NCBI GenBank assembly: GCA_036004365.1
Contig: DASYRN010000045.1
Coordinates: 7,637-71,636, forward strand
Length of the DNA stretch: 64,000 bases
Source: Candidatus Binatia bacterium
Lineage (GTDB): Bacteria; Desulfobacterota; Binatia; UBA9968
Direction of reading: 5' to 3'
Position 1 is the stretch's first letter. Each line of letters begins with the position of its first letter. Of the stretch, positions 44,384-53,504 are shown in pieces. A model generated the notes under the pieces. It worked only from the letters and a program-made list of their open reading frames with translations. It was not told the DNA's origin and did not search any database. The position numbers and the translations under genes are program-made.

Positions 44384-44592
44384 GGCGAATTTTCCCTTCT
44401 TTTAGAAAGGATGAAGTATGAAATCGGAAGGATGAAGTGACAATGGCGCATTGACAGATGTTTTTTTATCCCTTAGCCTTCATCCTTTAGTTCTCCTGTA
44501 TGTTTGCCACGAAAACCGACTCTGATGCAACTCCTTATATGTCATATGTCCCGTGCGCCTAGAGGGAGCCGGCGTCTGACGTGCATCCCATC

Positions 44593-44991
44593 TCAGGCAT
44601 AGGAGGCGAGAGCGGCTTCAGCGCAGCGCTGGTCCTGCTCTTCAGTACCACCCGCTACGGCGATGGCGCCCACAACATTGCCGCCCTCCACGATGGGCAA
44701 TGCGCCTGCACCGGGCATGATTCGACCGTTGCTGGAGACGACCAGGCTTTGAAACCATGTCTGCCCGGCAACTCCCGCCAACTCCTTGGTAGGCTGCTGG
44801 AAACTCGCTGCCGTGTAGGCTTTGTTGAGAGCAATTTCCACCGTAATGGGACGAGCACGGTCCATACGGCCTAGCGCGATCATACGGCCACTGTGGTCAA
44901 CGACCACAGCGGTGACTGCGATATCCAACTGCGTGGCCTCAAGGTGGGCGGTTCGCACCATCTGAATCGCTTTTTCTCCGGGGATAGCCAT
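44593..44991 (-). CDS. GlcG/HbpS-like (DUF336) protein
   Basis: 132 aa. VTAVVVDHSGRMIALGRMD...ALNKAYTAASF...GALPIVEGGNVVGAIAVAGG. Confidence 0.8.
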   Translation of the reverse strand: MAIPGEKAIQMVRTAHLEATQLDIAVTAVVVDHSGRMIALGRMDRARPITVEIALNKAYTAASFQQPTKELAGVAGQTWFQSLVVSSNGRIMPGAGALPIVEGGNVVGAIAVAGGTEEQDQRCAEAALASYA

Positions 44992-45175
44992 CGTCGTTCG
45001 CGGTCCTCCTTGTCGTCGAAGTGGCGCCTAGTGTAACAGGTAATGCTAACCAACAGTCAAGCACTTACAGGCTGTTGAAAGCGCCGCGAGTCAGTGGTTC
45101 CCACAAGAGGGTAAATCCAAGCAAGGAGCGCGTACTAAGGGATGAAGGATGAAATGCCTAATCAGTTCATTGCCT

Positions 45176-46579
45176 TTAAGGTTTATCGTTCGGGACGAGG
45201 AGTCGGGCGAGCTTCCCGGCGTCTTCGAGCCTGTCTAGACTTTCAATCGTATCTTGGAGTTCGTCGATACGGGACGGCGAAAGGACTCGCGAGGCAAGCA
45301 GGCGAAATTTTTCGCTGACCTCGACGCGTGTCATGGGATGCTTATCACTTCCCTTGGCGTGAAGCACTTTGGCCCCGTAGCTCTTCCCGTCTCTCGTCTC
45401 GACCTCTAGAATCACGCCGTGGCGCCCTTCGTCTCCTAGGGCCTCGAGCTCGGTATCTTCAACCACCTCGATCTTTTTCGTCGTATTCAGGACGTCAGCC
45501 CTGTTTATGGATTTCTCCGTCACCTGATCGACGAAGAAGTCCCGGTCGTGGAGCAACACCGCAACACAATAAAGAAGATTCATTTGCGCCGTGGTCAGGC
45601 TGTTCGGCACATAAGGCCAACCGACATGAAGCTTGGTGGCGCGGGTTGTGCGGATGGTGATTTTTTCCGCGTTCTCCGCGCTTACGTCGGGGTGCTCACG
45701 GAGAATTTTCTTGAGCGCATCGATCGAAGTGTGATTGCTGCCGCAGCAAGGATAAGGTTTGAAGCCGACGTTCAGGGCCTCGAACCGTTCGCCAAGATCT
45801 CGCGTCAGGTGGGATAGGTTGGGATTGTCGCAGAAGGTCGAGCAGAAGCCTCCATAAGGCGCTTCGAGAATATCCTCGATTCCGGTAAATCCCTTAGCGG
45901 CGAGCAGTGCTCCGTACACACCTGCCTGTGATGCCCTACCAGGGTGCATGCGCTTTACCATCGAAGCTTGTTGGGCAGCCATAAGGCCCGCGGCCTGAGT
46001 GCCAGCGATTCCCAAGGCGTGGAGTGTCTCTGACGGATCAAGTCCAAGCATTTTTGCCGCCGCGGCTCCAGCAGCGAAGGTTCCTGAGGTGGCCGTAGGG
46101 TGGAAGCCCCGGCGCAACTGGGAAGCGCCCCCTGTCATGGCCACGCGGCAGCCTGCCTCATAACCAGCGATTACAGCCGTAAGGAATCTCTTGCCGTCTG
46201 TCGCGCCGTCGTAGCGTACCAGGGCATCTGCCGCAGGTATCGCTTCGGCGCCCGGGTGGATGACGCCGACGCGGTGAAGATCGTCCATTTCAAAGCTGTG
46301 GATCAAGGTACCATTGGCCAACGGCGCGCTCGTGCTGGGAACCTCTGCGCCATCGCCCCAGAGAAGAGCCCCTTTGCCCGCGCCTAGCTCCTTTGCAAAG
46401 CCTGTGATGATTTTTCCCCAAGGAAGGGTCGAGCCGAAAAGGGCGCATCCGAGAGAATCGAGTAGGCAGAGCTTGACGTGTGAGATGACCTCTCCGGGAA
46501 TATCACTGTACGAAAGCGACGATACAAACTGCGCGAGAGCGCGGGTGGGCGAGGTCTCTGGGCTTTGACTCGTTAACAT
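45176..46579 (-). CDS. MmgE/PrpD family protein (2-methylcitrate dehydratase-like)
   Basis: 467 aa. LLDSLGCALFGS...AEAIPAADAL...HPTATSGTFAAGAAAAKMLGL. Confidence 0.85.
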   Translation of the reverse strand: MLTSQSPETSPTRALAQFVSSLSYSDIPGEVISHVKLCLLDSLGCALFGSTLPWGKIITGFAKELGAGKGALLWGDGAEVPSTSAPLANGTLIHSFEMDDLHRVGVIHPGAEAIPAADALVRYDGATDGKRFLTAVIAGYEAGCRVAMTGGASQLRRGFHPTATSGTFAAGAAAAKMLGLDPSETLHALGIAGTQAAGLMAAQQASMVKRMHPGRASQAGVYGALLAAKGFTGIEDILEAPYGGFCSTFCDNPNLSHLTRDLGERFEALNVGFKPYPCCGSNHTSIDALKKILREHPDVSAENAEKITIRTTRATKLHVGWPYVPNSLTTAQMNLLYCVAVLLHDRDFFVDQVTEKSINRADVLNTTKKIEVVEDTELEALGDEGRHGVILEVETRDGKSYGAKVLHAKGSDKHPMTRVEVSEKFRLLASRVLSPSRIDELQDTIESLDRLEDAGKLARLLVPNDKP

Positions 46580-46664
46580 GAGGTTCGATCAACCGGATAG
46601 ATTTTGCCCATCCTCTTATTGTATACGTGGTTCTGTCAAGGCCCAGGAACACGAGGGAGGAAAA

Positions 46665-47735
46665 ATGCGCCTGCAAAAGTGGTCTCTGGTTGGGGTGATC
46701 CTGGCGATCTTCGCTTCTCCCCATCGCAGCTATGCACAGTCGGCCGGAGAGATCCTCAAGCGCTACGAAGGGCTGAGCCCAAAGCAGCGCCAGGAAAAGC
46801 TCGTTGAGGGCGCGCGGAAGGAAGCAGCAGTCGTGATTTACAGTTTTACCGCAGTCGACCAGCTCACGCCATTACTTGAAGAATTCTACAAGAAATACCC
46901 GTTTGTTAAACCAGAGCACTACAGGGCCAACGCCTCAGGCGTTTTTAATAAGTTTATCACCGAGGCGCGCGCCGGCCGGACCCTGGCCGATGTGCTCGAT
47001 ATCTCGGCGGGCGAAGCCTATACCCTACGCCAGATGGGACTCGTCGATCCTTATTCTTCTCCCTTTAGAGAAGGGATTCCAAAAGATTTTCTGGACGAGC
47101 GAGGGTATTGGGCCGCGCATTACCACTTCGTAGTCGCCTTGGGCGCTAATACCAGAGCCATCAGCGCCTCGGAGGCACCGAGAAGCTACGGAGAGCTACT
47201 CAACCCGAAATGGAAAGGGCGCTTCTCGCTGGATCCCGCTGATCAAGATCTTTTTGGTGCGCTGCTGATGTATTGGGGGAAAGAGAAGACGCTTGACTAT
47301 TTTAAAAATCTCGCAAAACTCGAACCCCGGATGGTCACCGGCCACACGCAACAAGCCAATCTCGTTGGGTCGGGCGAGATTCACATGGCTCCGTGGCTTT
47401 ACGGCTATCGTCCGCTTCAATTAAAGGACGAGGGAGCTCCGGTTGAGGTCTTTCTCTTTGATCCTGTTCTCACCAACCCCGCTTATCTTTTGCTGGCGAA
47501 GAATTCTCCTCACGCTCACGCGGCCGCGCTCCTGATCGATTGGGCTCTTTCCGCTGACGGAGGGATGAAGTTTTTTGCCGAGAAATTCGGTCGAACGCCT
47601 ACTCGGCCGGGACTCAAGGAGAGGTTTCCACAACTTCGGGTGGAGAAATACCTCGTCGTCAAACCCGAAGTCGTCGGGCCAAACTTCAAAGAGTTCACCA
47701 AGGTCTATAACGAGATTTTTGCGATTGGTAAGTAG
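46665..47735 (+). CDS. periplasmic solute-binding protein (SBP family 1, iron(III)/polyamine-like)
   Basis: ATG at 46665 after GAGGGAGG, with a signal peptide. Paralogous to 50047-51171 (KKYPFVKPEHYRA.. vs KKYPFVKVMVWRS..). Confidence 0.75.
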   Translation: MRLQKWSLVGVILAIFASPHRSYAQSAGEILKRYEGLSPKQRQEKLVEGARKEAAVVIYSFTAVDQLTPLLEEFYKKYPFVKPEHYRANASGVFNKFITEARAGRTLADVLDISAGEAYTLRQMGLVDPYSSPFREGIPKDFLDERGYWAAHYHFVVALGANTRAISASEAPRSYGELLNPKWKGRFSLDPADQDLFGALLMYWGKEKTLDYFKNLAKLEPRMVTGHTQQANLVGSGEIHMAPWLYGYRPLQLKDEGAPVEVFLFDPVLTNPAYLLLAKNSPHAHAAALLIDWALSADGGMKFFAEKFGRTPTRPGLKERFPQLRVEKYLVVKPEVVGPNFKEFTKVYNEIFAIGK

Positions 47736-47741
47736 GGAGGT

Positions 47742-48677
47742 TTATTTTTTCCCGCGAAAACGGAACAGTTCGACGAGCTTTCGCCGAACCACCTCCTCGC
47801 CGCCCGGCAGGATGTCAAACTTTGTTGTGTTATCCATCTTTTGCATTATTTTCCGGCCTTCGTCATCTTGATGCATCGAAAGCAAGGTCTCCTGAAGACG
47901 CTTGGCCACCTCCGGATGCAAACCCCTGCGAATAGAAACGAGATGGCGTGGAACCGTCTCCGTTTCGGCCAGGATAGCGATCTCGGCCCTTGCTTTCTCG
48001 TCAAGCGTGGCGTAGTCGTCATCGCTAAACGCACCAGCCATCACCTTCTTTGAGAGAAGGAGGTCAGCGATATTTTTGTGTGTAGAGGCAAAGATGTAGC
48101 CAATCTCCTTAGGAGAAACCTTGGCTTCGAGCCCGGGTTTTTCGGTAAGTCTGAATCCCTTCCTTAGAAGGAAGACCTTTGGCAAAAGATAGGCTGAAGT
48201 AGACCCGGGATCCTCGAAGGCGATGATCTTACCCTGTAGGTCTTCAAGCCGGGCTATGCCGCTCTCTTTGCTCGTGGCAAGGATGCCTCGATATTCGCCC
48301 TTCCCCCCCTTCCAACGCCTGAGCAACAATCTCGCGGACCCTTGCCTGTTGATGAGATAGGTCGGATAGGGGCTTTCCATATAAAAATCAACCCGCTTCT
48401 CCTCAAGCAGCTTTGCGAGTTGTAGCGCTGTCGGAGCCACAACAACCGTTCCTTTGATCTCGGAAGTGGAGGAGAGTTTTCGCGCGACATAACCCACAAA
48501 ATCGCGGAAATGCTCCTCGATCTCCTTCTGATGTATTTGAGAGACGAGTCCTAAAGAGATCGTTTTAACTGTGCCGGTCTCCGGCGCCTGTCCGGCAGCT
48601 TCAAGCTCAGGGGTTAGGAGAGAAACAAGAGCGGCAACGGCAAATATGAGGGAGGCATGATGTGTGTGTCTCTTCAT
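47742..48677 (-). CDS. PhnD-like (phosphonate/phosphite-type) solute-binding protein
   Basis: 311 aa with a signal peptide. ISLGLVSQ....EEHFRDFVGYVARKL resembles PhnD-type SBPs. Confidence 0.65.
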   Translation of the reverse strand: MKRHTHHASLIFAVAALVSLLTPELEAAGQAPETGTVKTISLGLVSQIHQKEIEEHFRDFVGYVARKLSSTSEIKGTVVVAPTALQLAKLLEEKRVDFYMESPYPTYLINRQGSARLLLRRWKGGKGEYRGILATSKESGIARLEDLQGKIIAFEDPGSTSAYLLPKVFLLRKGFRLTEKPGLEAKVSPKEIGYIFASTHKNIADLLLSKKVMAGAFSDDDYATLDEKARAEIAILAETETVPRHLVSIRRGLHPEVAKRLQETLLSMHQDDEGRKIMQKMDNTTKFDILPGGEEVVRRKLVELFRFRGKK

Positions 48678-48965
48678 GACGACCTGTCACAGCCGGGAAT
48701 TTGCCGCGGGAGAACCCGAGAGCAATGGCGAACGACAAAGCCCACGCTACGTATATATAAACGAGGCAAACTTGGCAAGAATGAAAACAGATTCGGAAGC
48801 ACCTGGTGTCGCAAATCCTCGCCAAACGCCGAAACGACTCCGGGGAGGCCGGCTGTTTCACACCGGTGTATGAGGTCAGTGGACAGGCACGGAGAGGTTG
48901 TAATATAAGCAGTCTTGTCGTGGCTGCCGGGCGATTGCGGCGACACCAAAATCGGAGGTGAGATC

Positions 48966-50027
48966 ATGTGGTACAAAGCGAAGGCGCTCGATTTATTCGG
49001 AGTGGCGTTGGGATTCGGCTGCTTAGTGATTTTTCCCAAAGACGCTTTCTCTCAGGCCGGCTACTACCAGGGGAAGACCATCACGATTGTTCGGGGCGGG
49101 GAACCGGGGGGCTCAGGGGATATGCAGGCCAGGGCGTTGATACCGTTCCTCAAAAAACATATTCCCGGGAATCCGAATATTATCGTGGAGAACATGCCCG
49201 GCGCCGCCGGGATGAAAGCGGTCAACCATATTTATACGGCGAAGCCCGATGGGCTCACGATCACCGCCGTCGGCTCCGGCCTCGCCGCAGGCCCGATCCT
49301 CGGCTTGCCGGGAGTAAAATACGACATCGATAAGCTGATTTATCTGGGGTCGACGGAGCATGGCGATCCCTATGTCTTTTTAAGCCGGAAAGAAGCCGGT
49401 TTCGACAGTCTGGAAAAGCTGCGTGCTGCGTCGGGGATCAGGCTCGGTGCGCAAACCGTGGGCCACGCGGTTTATATTAGCGGGCGTATCTTCGCGCATC
49501 TTCTGGGTCTCAAGGATCCCAAGGTCGTTGTCGGCTTTGGAGGACCAGAGCTCGACATCGCTTTGGCCCGAGGCGAGGTTGACGCCAGAGCGAACAGCGC
49601 GGATACGGTGGTGCGCAGAAACGCCGATGCGCTGGAAAAAGGTCAGTTCAACATTCACGCCACCATCACGATTCCAAAAGGGAAGTTTCACCCGCGCTTC
49701 GCGAACGTCCCCGATGTGGAGACGCTTGCTAAAAACGACAAAGAGCGCCAACTGGTAAATCTGTTCCGCGCGTTTCTCTATCCGCGTTGGCCTTACGTGC
49801 TGCCGCCAGGCACCCCCGCGGAAATCGTCAAGGTCCTGCGCGAAGGGATGGTCAAGGCCTTTAAGGACCCGGGTTTTCACCAGGAATTTAAAAAACTCAT
49901 GGCGAGCGATCCATCCCCTCTCACCGGAGAAGAGGTGGAGACATCCATTAGAGAGCTGCCGCGCGATCCCGAGGTCATTGGACTATATAAAAAGATGGCC
50001 GAGCATGGACCGCTGCCGCCGCGCTAG
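48966..50027 (+). CDS. Bug/TctC-family tripartite tricarboxylate transporter solute-binding protein
   Basis: YYQGKTITIVRGGEPGGSGDMQARALIPFLKKHIPGNPNIIVENMPGAAGMKAVNHIY. ATG at 48966 after GGAGG. Confidence 0.8.
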   Translation: MWYKAKALDLFGVALGFGCLVIFPKDAFSQAGYYQGKTITIVRGGEPGGSGDMQARALIPFLKKHIPGNPNIIVENMPGAAGMKAVNHIYTAKPDGLTITAVGSGLAAGPILGLPGVKYDIDKLIYLGSTEHGDPYVFLSRKEAGFDSLEKLRAASGIRLGAQTVGHAVYISGRIFAHLLGLKDPKVVVGFGGPELDIALARGEVDARANSADTVVRRNADALEKGQFNIHATITIPKGKFHPRFANVPDVETLAKNDKERQLVNLFRAFLYPRWPYVLPPGTPAEIVKVLREGMVKAFKDPGFHQEFKKLMASDPSPLTGEEVETSIRELPRDPEVIGLYKKMAEHGPLPPR

Positions 50028-50046
50028 GGTGGGCATTTCCTTTCAT

Positions 50047-51171
50047 CTATCTCCTGCTGATGAAGAGCTGCCGCATTAGAGCTTCCCACTCAGCAAATCT
50101 CTTCTCATACTCTTCGAGAGAGTATTTGGCCTCGAGGTAGGTTTTCTTGAATTTCGTCTCCAACGAGCCGATGTCGCTCCGCGGCGAGTTCAGGCCGCCT
50201 TTCATCGCAACTTGCTGTCCCTCTCTTGAATGGATGTAGTCAAGGAAAAGAAGCGCAGCATGGGGATGGGGAACCTTGTTGAGCAACCCGGACTTGCCGA
50301 CGCTCGCAATCACCGGCTCTAAAGGACGCCACTCGACGGGAGCTCCCTTCTGCCTGGCCGTGGTGATATTGGAGTCGAAGATTGTGGGAGAAAGCGGCAC
50401 CTCGCCAGAGGCCACGAGACCTGCCAGCGCCGCTCCCGACATGTTTTGGACGTTCACCTGCTGTTGGCTCATCTTTTCGAGAAACTCGCGGCCCATCCCC
50501 TCCAGCAGATTTCCCACCCACTGGACCCCCGTAGTCGTGCCGGCAATGGACATTTTTCCCTTCCATTTGGGATCGAGGAGATCTTTCAGGCTCCGAGGCG
50601 CCTCGGCCGGCGGCACGAGCTTGGTGTTGAATCCCAGACTGATATAGATCTCTCGATTCGCCCAATAAACAACGCCGTTTTTTCCTTTCGTCTTCACTTC
50701 GTCGCCATAAAAAGCCATCTCAGGCGAATAGTGTTCTTGGAGCATGTCGTTTTTATGCAACAGCGCCATGTATTCAGGGCTCGTCTCCAAGACGTCGGCG
50801 ATGAGGCGGCCTGAGGCATATTCCTCTGTGACACGCTTGAGCAATTCCTTAGAGTCGCTGCGCCATACCATGACCTTAACGAACGGGTATTTCTTTTCGA
50901 ATGCCTGGGGCAACGCGCTCGCCATCCACGTGTTCGATGTGTAAAACGTCACTTGTCCTTCTTTCTTGGCCCCTTCGATCAAGAGCGGCTCCCTGTCGCG
51001 GCCTTGATAAAGGGCGATCTCGGCAAGCGCTTTGGGCTTACTGGCGGTCGCTGCAAGGCCTGGGGTTGGCAGCGACAGGAACCCGGCCGTCAGCAGAGAG
51101 CCTGCCACTATGAAAAAGCGCGAAGATTGGAAGCGGGCAAACCGGCAAAGCATAAGAAAGCATCCTCCCAC
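50047..51171 (-). CDS. periplasmic solute-binding protein (SBP family 1), paralogue of 46665-47735
   Basis: 374 aa with a signal-like N-terminus (start may be 51153). Confidence 0.75.
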   Translation of the reverse strand: MGGCFLMLCRFARFQSSRFFIVAGSLLTAGFLSLPTPGLAATASKPKALAEIALYQGRDREPLLIEGAKKEGQVTFYTSNTWMASALPQAFEKKYPFVKVMVWRSDSKELLKRVTEEYASGRLIADVLETSPEYMALLHKNDMLQEHYSPEMAFYGDEVKTKGKNGVVYWANREIYISLGFNTKLVPPAEAPRSLKDLLDPKWKGKMSIAGTTTGVQWVGNLLEGMGREFLEKMSQQQVNVQNMSGAALAGLVASGEVPLSPTIFDSNITTARQKGAPVEWRPLEPVIASVGKSGLLNKVPHPHAALLFLDYIHSREGQQVAMKGGLNSPRSDIGSLETKFKKTYLEAKYSLEEYEKRFAEWEALMRQLFISRR

Positions 51172-51197
51172 TATTTTGTACTTTAGAGGCTATGAAT

Positions 51198-51845
51198 CTA
51201 AAATTTCTTCCACGGGTTGATCCCCAACTCTACATGCTTTCGGTATAACATGGCTACATAGATAAAATCGAAAATGAATATGGACACATAAAGAAAGTTC
51301 AGAAGAACCGAGGCGGGAAAGCGAAGAAAAAACAGTATCGACGGCAATAAAGTTCCGAGCATCTTAAATAAGGCTATATAAATCGACTGGCCACTCACGT
51401 CTCTCCGATTCAGCAGCATCGATATAAACAAAACAGACATCATAAGATTTTGCCCGAAGGCTGCGTACTTGCCGTCCCAGTCTTTGAACTCATAGGTTAT
51501 GGCCAGGATGGCGCCAAAACTTAGGATTAGCGTTACAAGGAAAGTAAGATAGAAAAAGCGCGCCGGCAGTATTTGATTCAAGGCCTTCCCTCCGAAGCGG
51601 AGAGTTTGAAAGACGATGATCGTATCAAAGGCAAACCAAGCGATATTGATATAATTCTGAGGAGGCTCGTGCGGGTGCATGAAGGAAAATATAAATTCCC
51701 AGGAGATATTCGCCGATAGAGCCGCTACCGGCATCCCATAAGTCTTGTCCTGGAATCCCACTCGGAGGATCAAGATATAGGCCAAGGTCCAGAAGACTCC
51801 CGATCCGATCTGCAAGCTCAAGCTTATCTCAGGAGGAACCGCCAT
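51198..51845 (-). CDS. multi-pass membrane protein resembling PaxB/Pyr4-type transmembrane terpene cyclases (tentative)
   Basis: 215 aa with about 6-7 TM helices. FWTLAYILILRVGFQDKTYGMPVAALSANISWEFIFSF resembles W..NY......F.DETYGM....L..NI.WE of fungal PaxB as I recall it. Confidence 0.5.
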   Translation of the reverse strand: MAVPPEISLSLQIGSGVFWTLAYILILRVGFQDKTYGMPVAALSANISWEFIFSFMHPHEPPQNYINIAWFAFDTIIVFQTLRFGGKALNQILPARFFYLTFLVTLILSFGAILAITYEFKDWDGKYAAFGQNLMMSVLFISMLLNRRDVSGQSIYIALFKMLGTLLPSILFFLRFPASVLLNFLYVSIFIFDFIYVAMLYRKHVELGINPWKKF

Positions 51846-52091
51846 AACATACCGCTTTTGCGGATGCTAACTTACTCTCCCCGTTTTTAGCAATGACGGC
51901 CAGCATGAAAGGTAGAGCGTTGGTATCCGTAAGCCGCTTCATCTAAGTCATTTCGACATTTCGGGAATTCTCGAAGCATGGAAGCGTGGCAGAAGCTCCC
52001 GCTGGAATTGAATGTGCGGGCGGCAGCGGCGGGTGTCGTCAACTATGTCGGTGCAAAACGATGGCGAAGATGAGAGAATGCGCCGGGAACG

Positions 52092-53183
52092 ATGCGCATC
52101 GTCGTGCATGTCGATATGGACGCGTTCTACGCCGCCGTGGAGGAGCGGTACAATCCTCAATTGCGCGGCCTTCCTGTGGTCGTAGGAGCCGACCCTAAAG
52201 AAGGAAGAGGACGAGGCGTGGTGACGACGGCCAACTACACGGCGCGCAGGTTCGGCATCCACTCGGCCCTGCCGATCTCACGCGCGTGGCGGCTTGCAGA
52301 AGCCGCTCGGAAGCGAGGCGAGCCCGCAGCGGTCTTCATCCGGACGAACTTCCAGCTGTATGGGGAGGTTTCGGCCCGCATCATGCAGATTCTCGAAAGC
52401 CGGGCCGATTCTTTTGAAGAGGCGAGCATCGATGAGGCCTATCTCGAAATCTCATCGCTTGGGAGCTTTGAGGTCGCAGTAGGGCACATGAGTGCGTTAA
52501 AGACCGAGATCCGGGACAAGGAGGAGCTTAGCTGCTCCGTCGGCATCGGTCCAAACAAGCTTATCGCCAAAATTGCCTCGGGCCACAACAAGCCTGACGG
52601 CCTCACCGTTGTGAGGCCGGAGCAGGTCCAGGAGTTCCTCGATCCTCTCCCTATCCGCGTGATTCCCGGCATCGGGCCCAAGGGCGAGGCCTTCCTCCAC
52701 GAGCAAAAGATTCAGACCGTAAAAGAGCTGCGGGAAATTCCCGGCTCAAAGCTCATGGACTGGTTTGGAAAATGGGGTCATAGTCTTTTTGAAAAGGCTC
52801 GGGGCGTCGATGACTCACCGGTTTCAAACGAGTGGACGAGAAAGTCGGCGGGCGAGCAGGAAACATTCGATCAGGACACCCGAAGCCTTTCTTTTGTTAC
52901 CGAGCGGCTTTATGCGATCGCCGAGCGGGTCATCGGCAAACTCAGGGAAAAAGAGTTCGCCGGTTTCCGCACTGTCACCTTGACGGTGCGCTTTTCCGGT
53001 TTTGAAACTAAGAACCGTTCCCGCAGCTTCAAGAATGGAATCGTGCTCGACAACGATGGAGTGGCGCTCCAACTCCTCAAGCAGGAGACCCTAAAACTCG
53101 TACTTCCTTTTTTCGACTCGCGGGAAAACCCGCGGGGAAAGGCGATCCGGCTCATCGGCCTCCGCCTGGAAAAACTTTTCTGA
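52092..53183 (+). CDS. dinB: DNA polymerase IV
   Basis: 363 aa. IVVHVDMDAFYAAVEERYNPQLRGLPVVVG and SIDEAYLE. Confidence 0.9.
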   Translation: MRIVVHVDMDAFYAAVEERYNPQLRGLPVVVGADPKEGRGRGVVTTANYTARRFGIHSALPISRAWRLAEAARKRGEPAAVFIRTNFQLYGEVSARIMQILESRADSFEEASIDEAYLEISSLGSFEVAVGHMSALKTEIRDKEELSCSVGIGPNKLIAKIASGHNKPDGLTVVRPEQVQEFLDPLPIRVIPGIGPKGEAFLHEQKIQTVKELREIPGSKLMDWFGKWGHSLFEKARGVDDSPVSNEWTRKSAGEQETFDQDTRSLSFVTERLYAIAERVIGKLREKEFAGFRTVTLTVRFSGFETKNRSRSFKNGIVLDNDGVALQLLKQETLKLVLPFFDSRENPRGKAIRLIGLRLEKLF

Positions 53184-53504
53184 GATGATCCTCCACGTTT
53201 CATCGATTCAACTTTAGCCGCTGCGATGGATAGTACATTTTAGGCCTTTGCCGGCTAAGAATTGCGGCCCTATCGTCCCACAAGTCTCTTCAAATTTCCT
53301 GAAGAATTAACGGCTTAGTTACCTGCTGGCCGTGGTATATGCCTTGCATAATGGTAAACAGTAAGAGCCCTCGACAGCGACGGAACCAGGTCGAACAGGA
53401 TCACCAACATCGAGAGACGGAAGGCTAAGATGGCAATAGCAGCATTAAGACCATTCATCGGAAGTTTACCGGCATCGGTATCGAAGTGTGATGAAGGAGG
53501 CACC

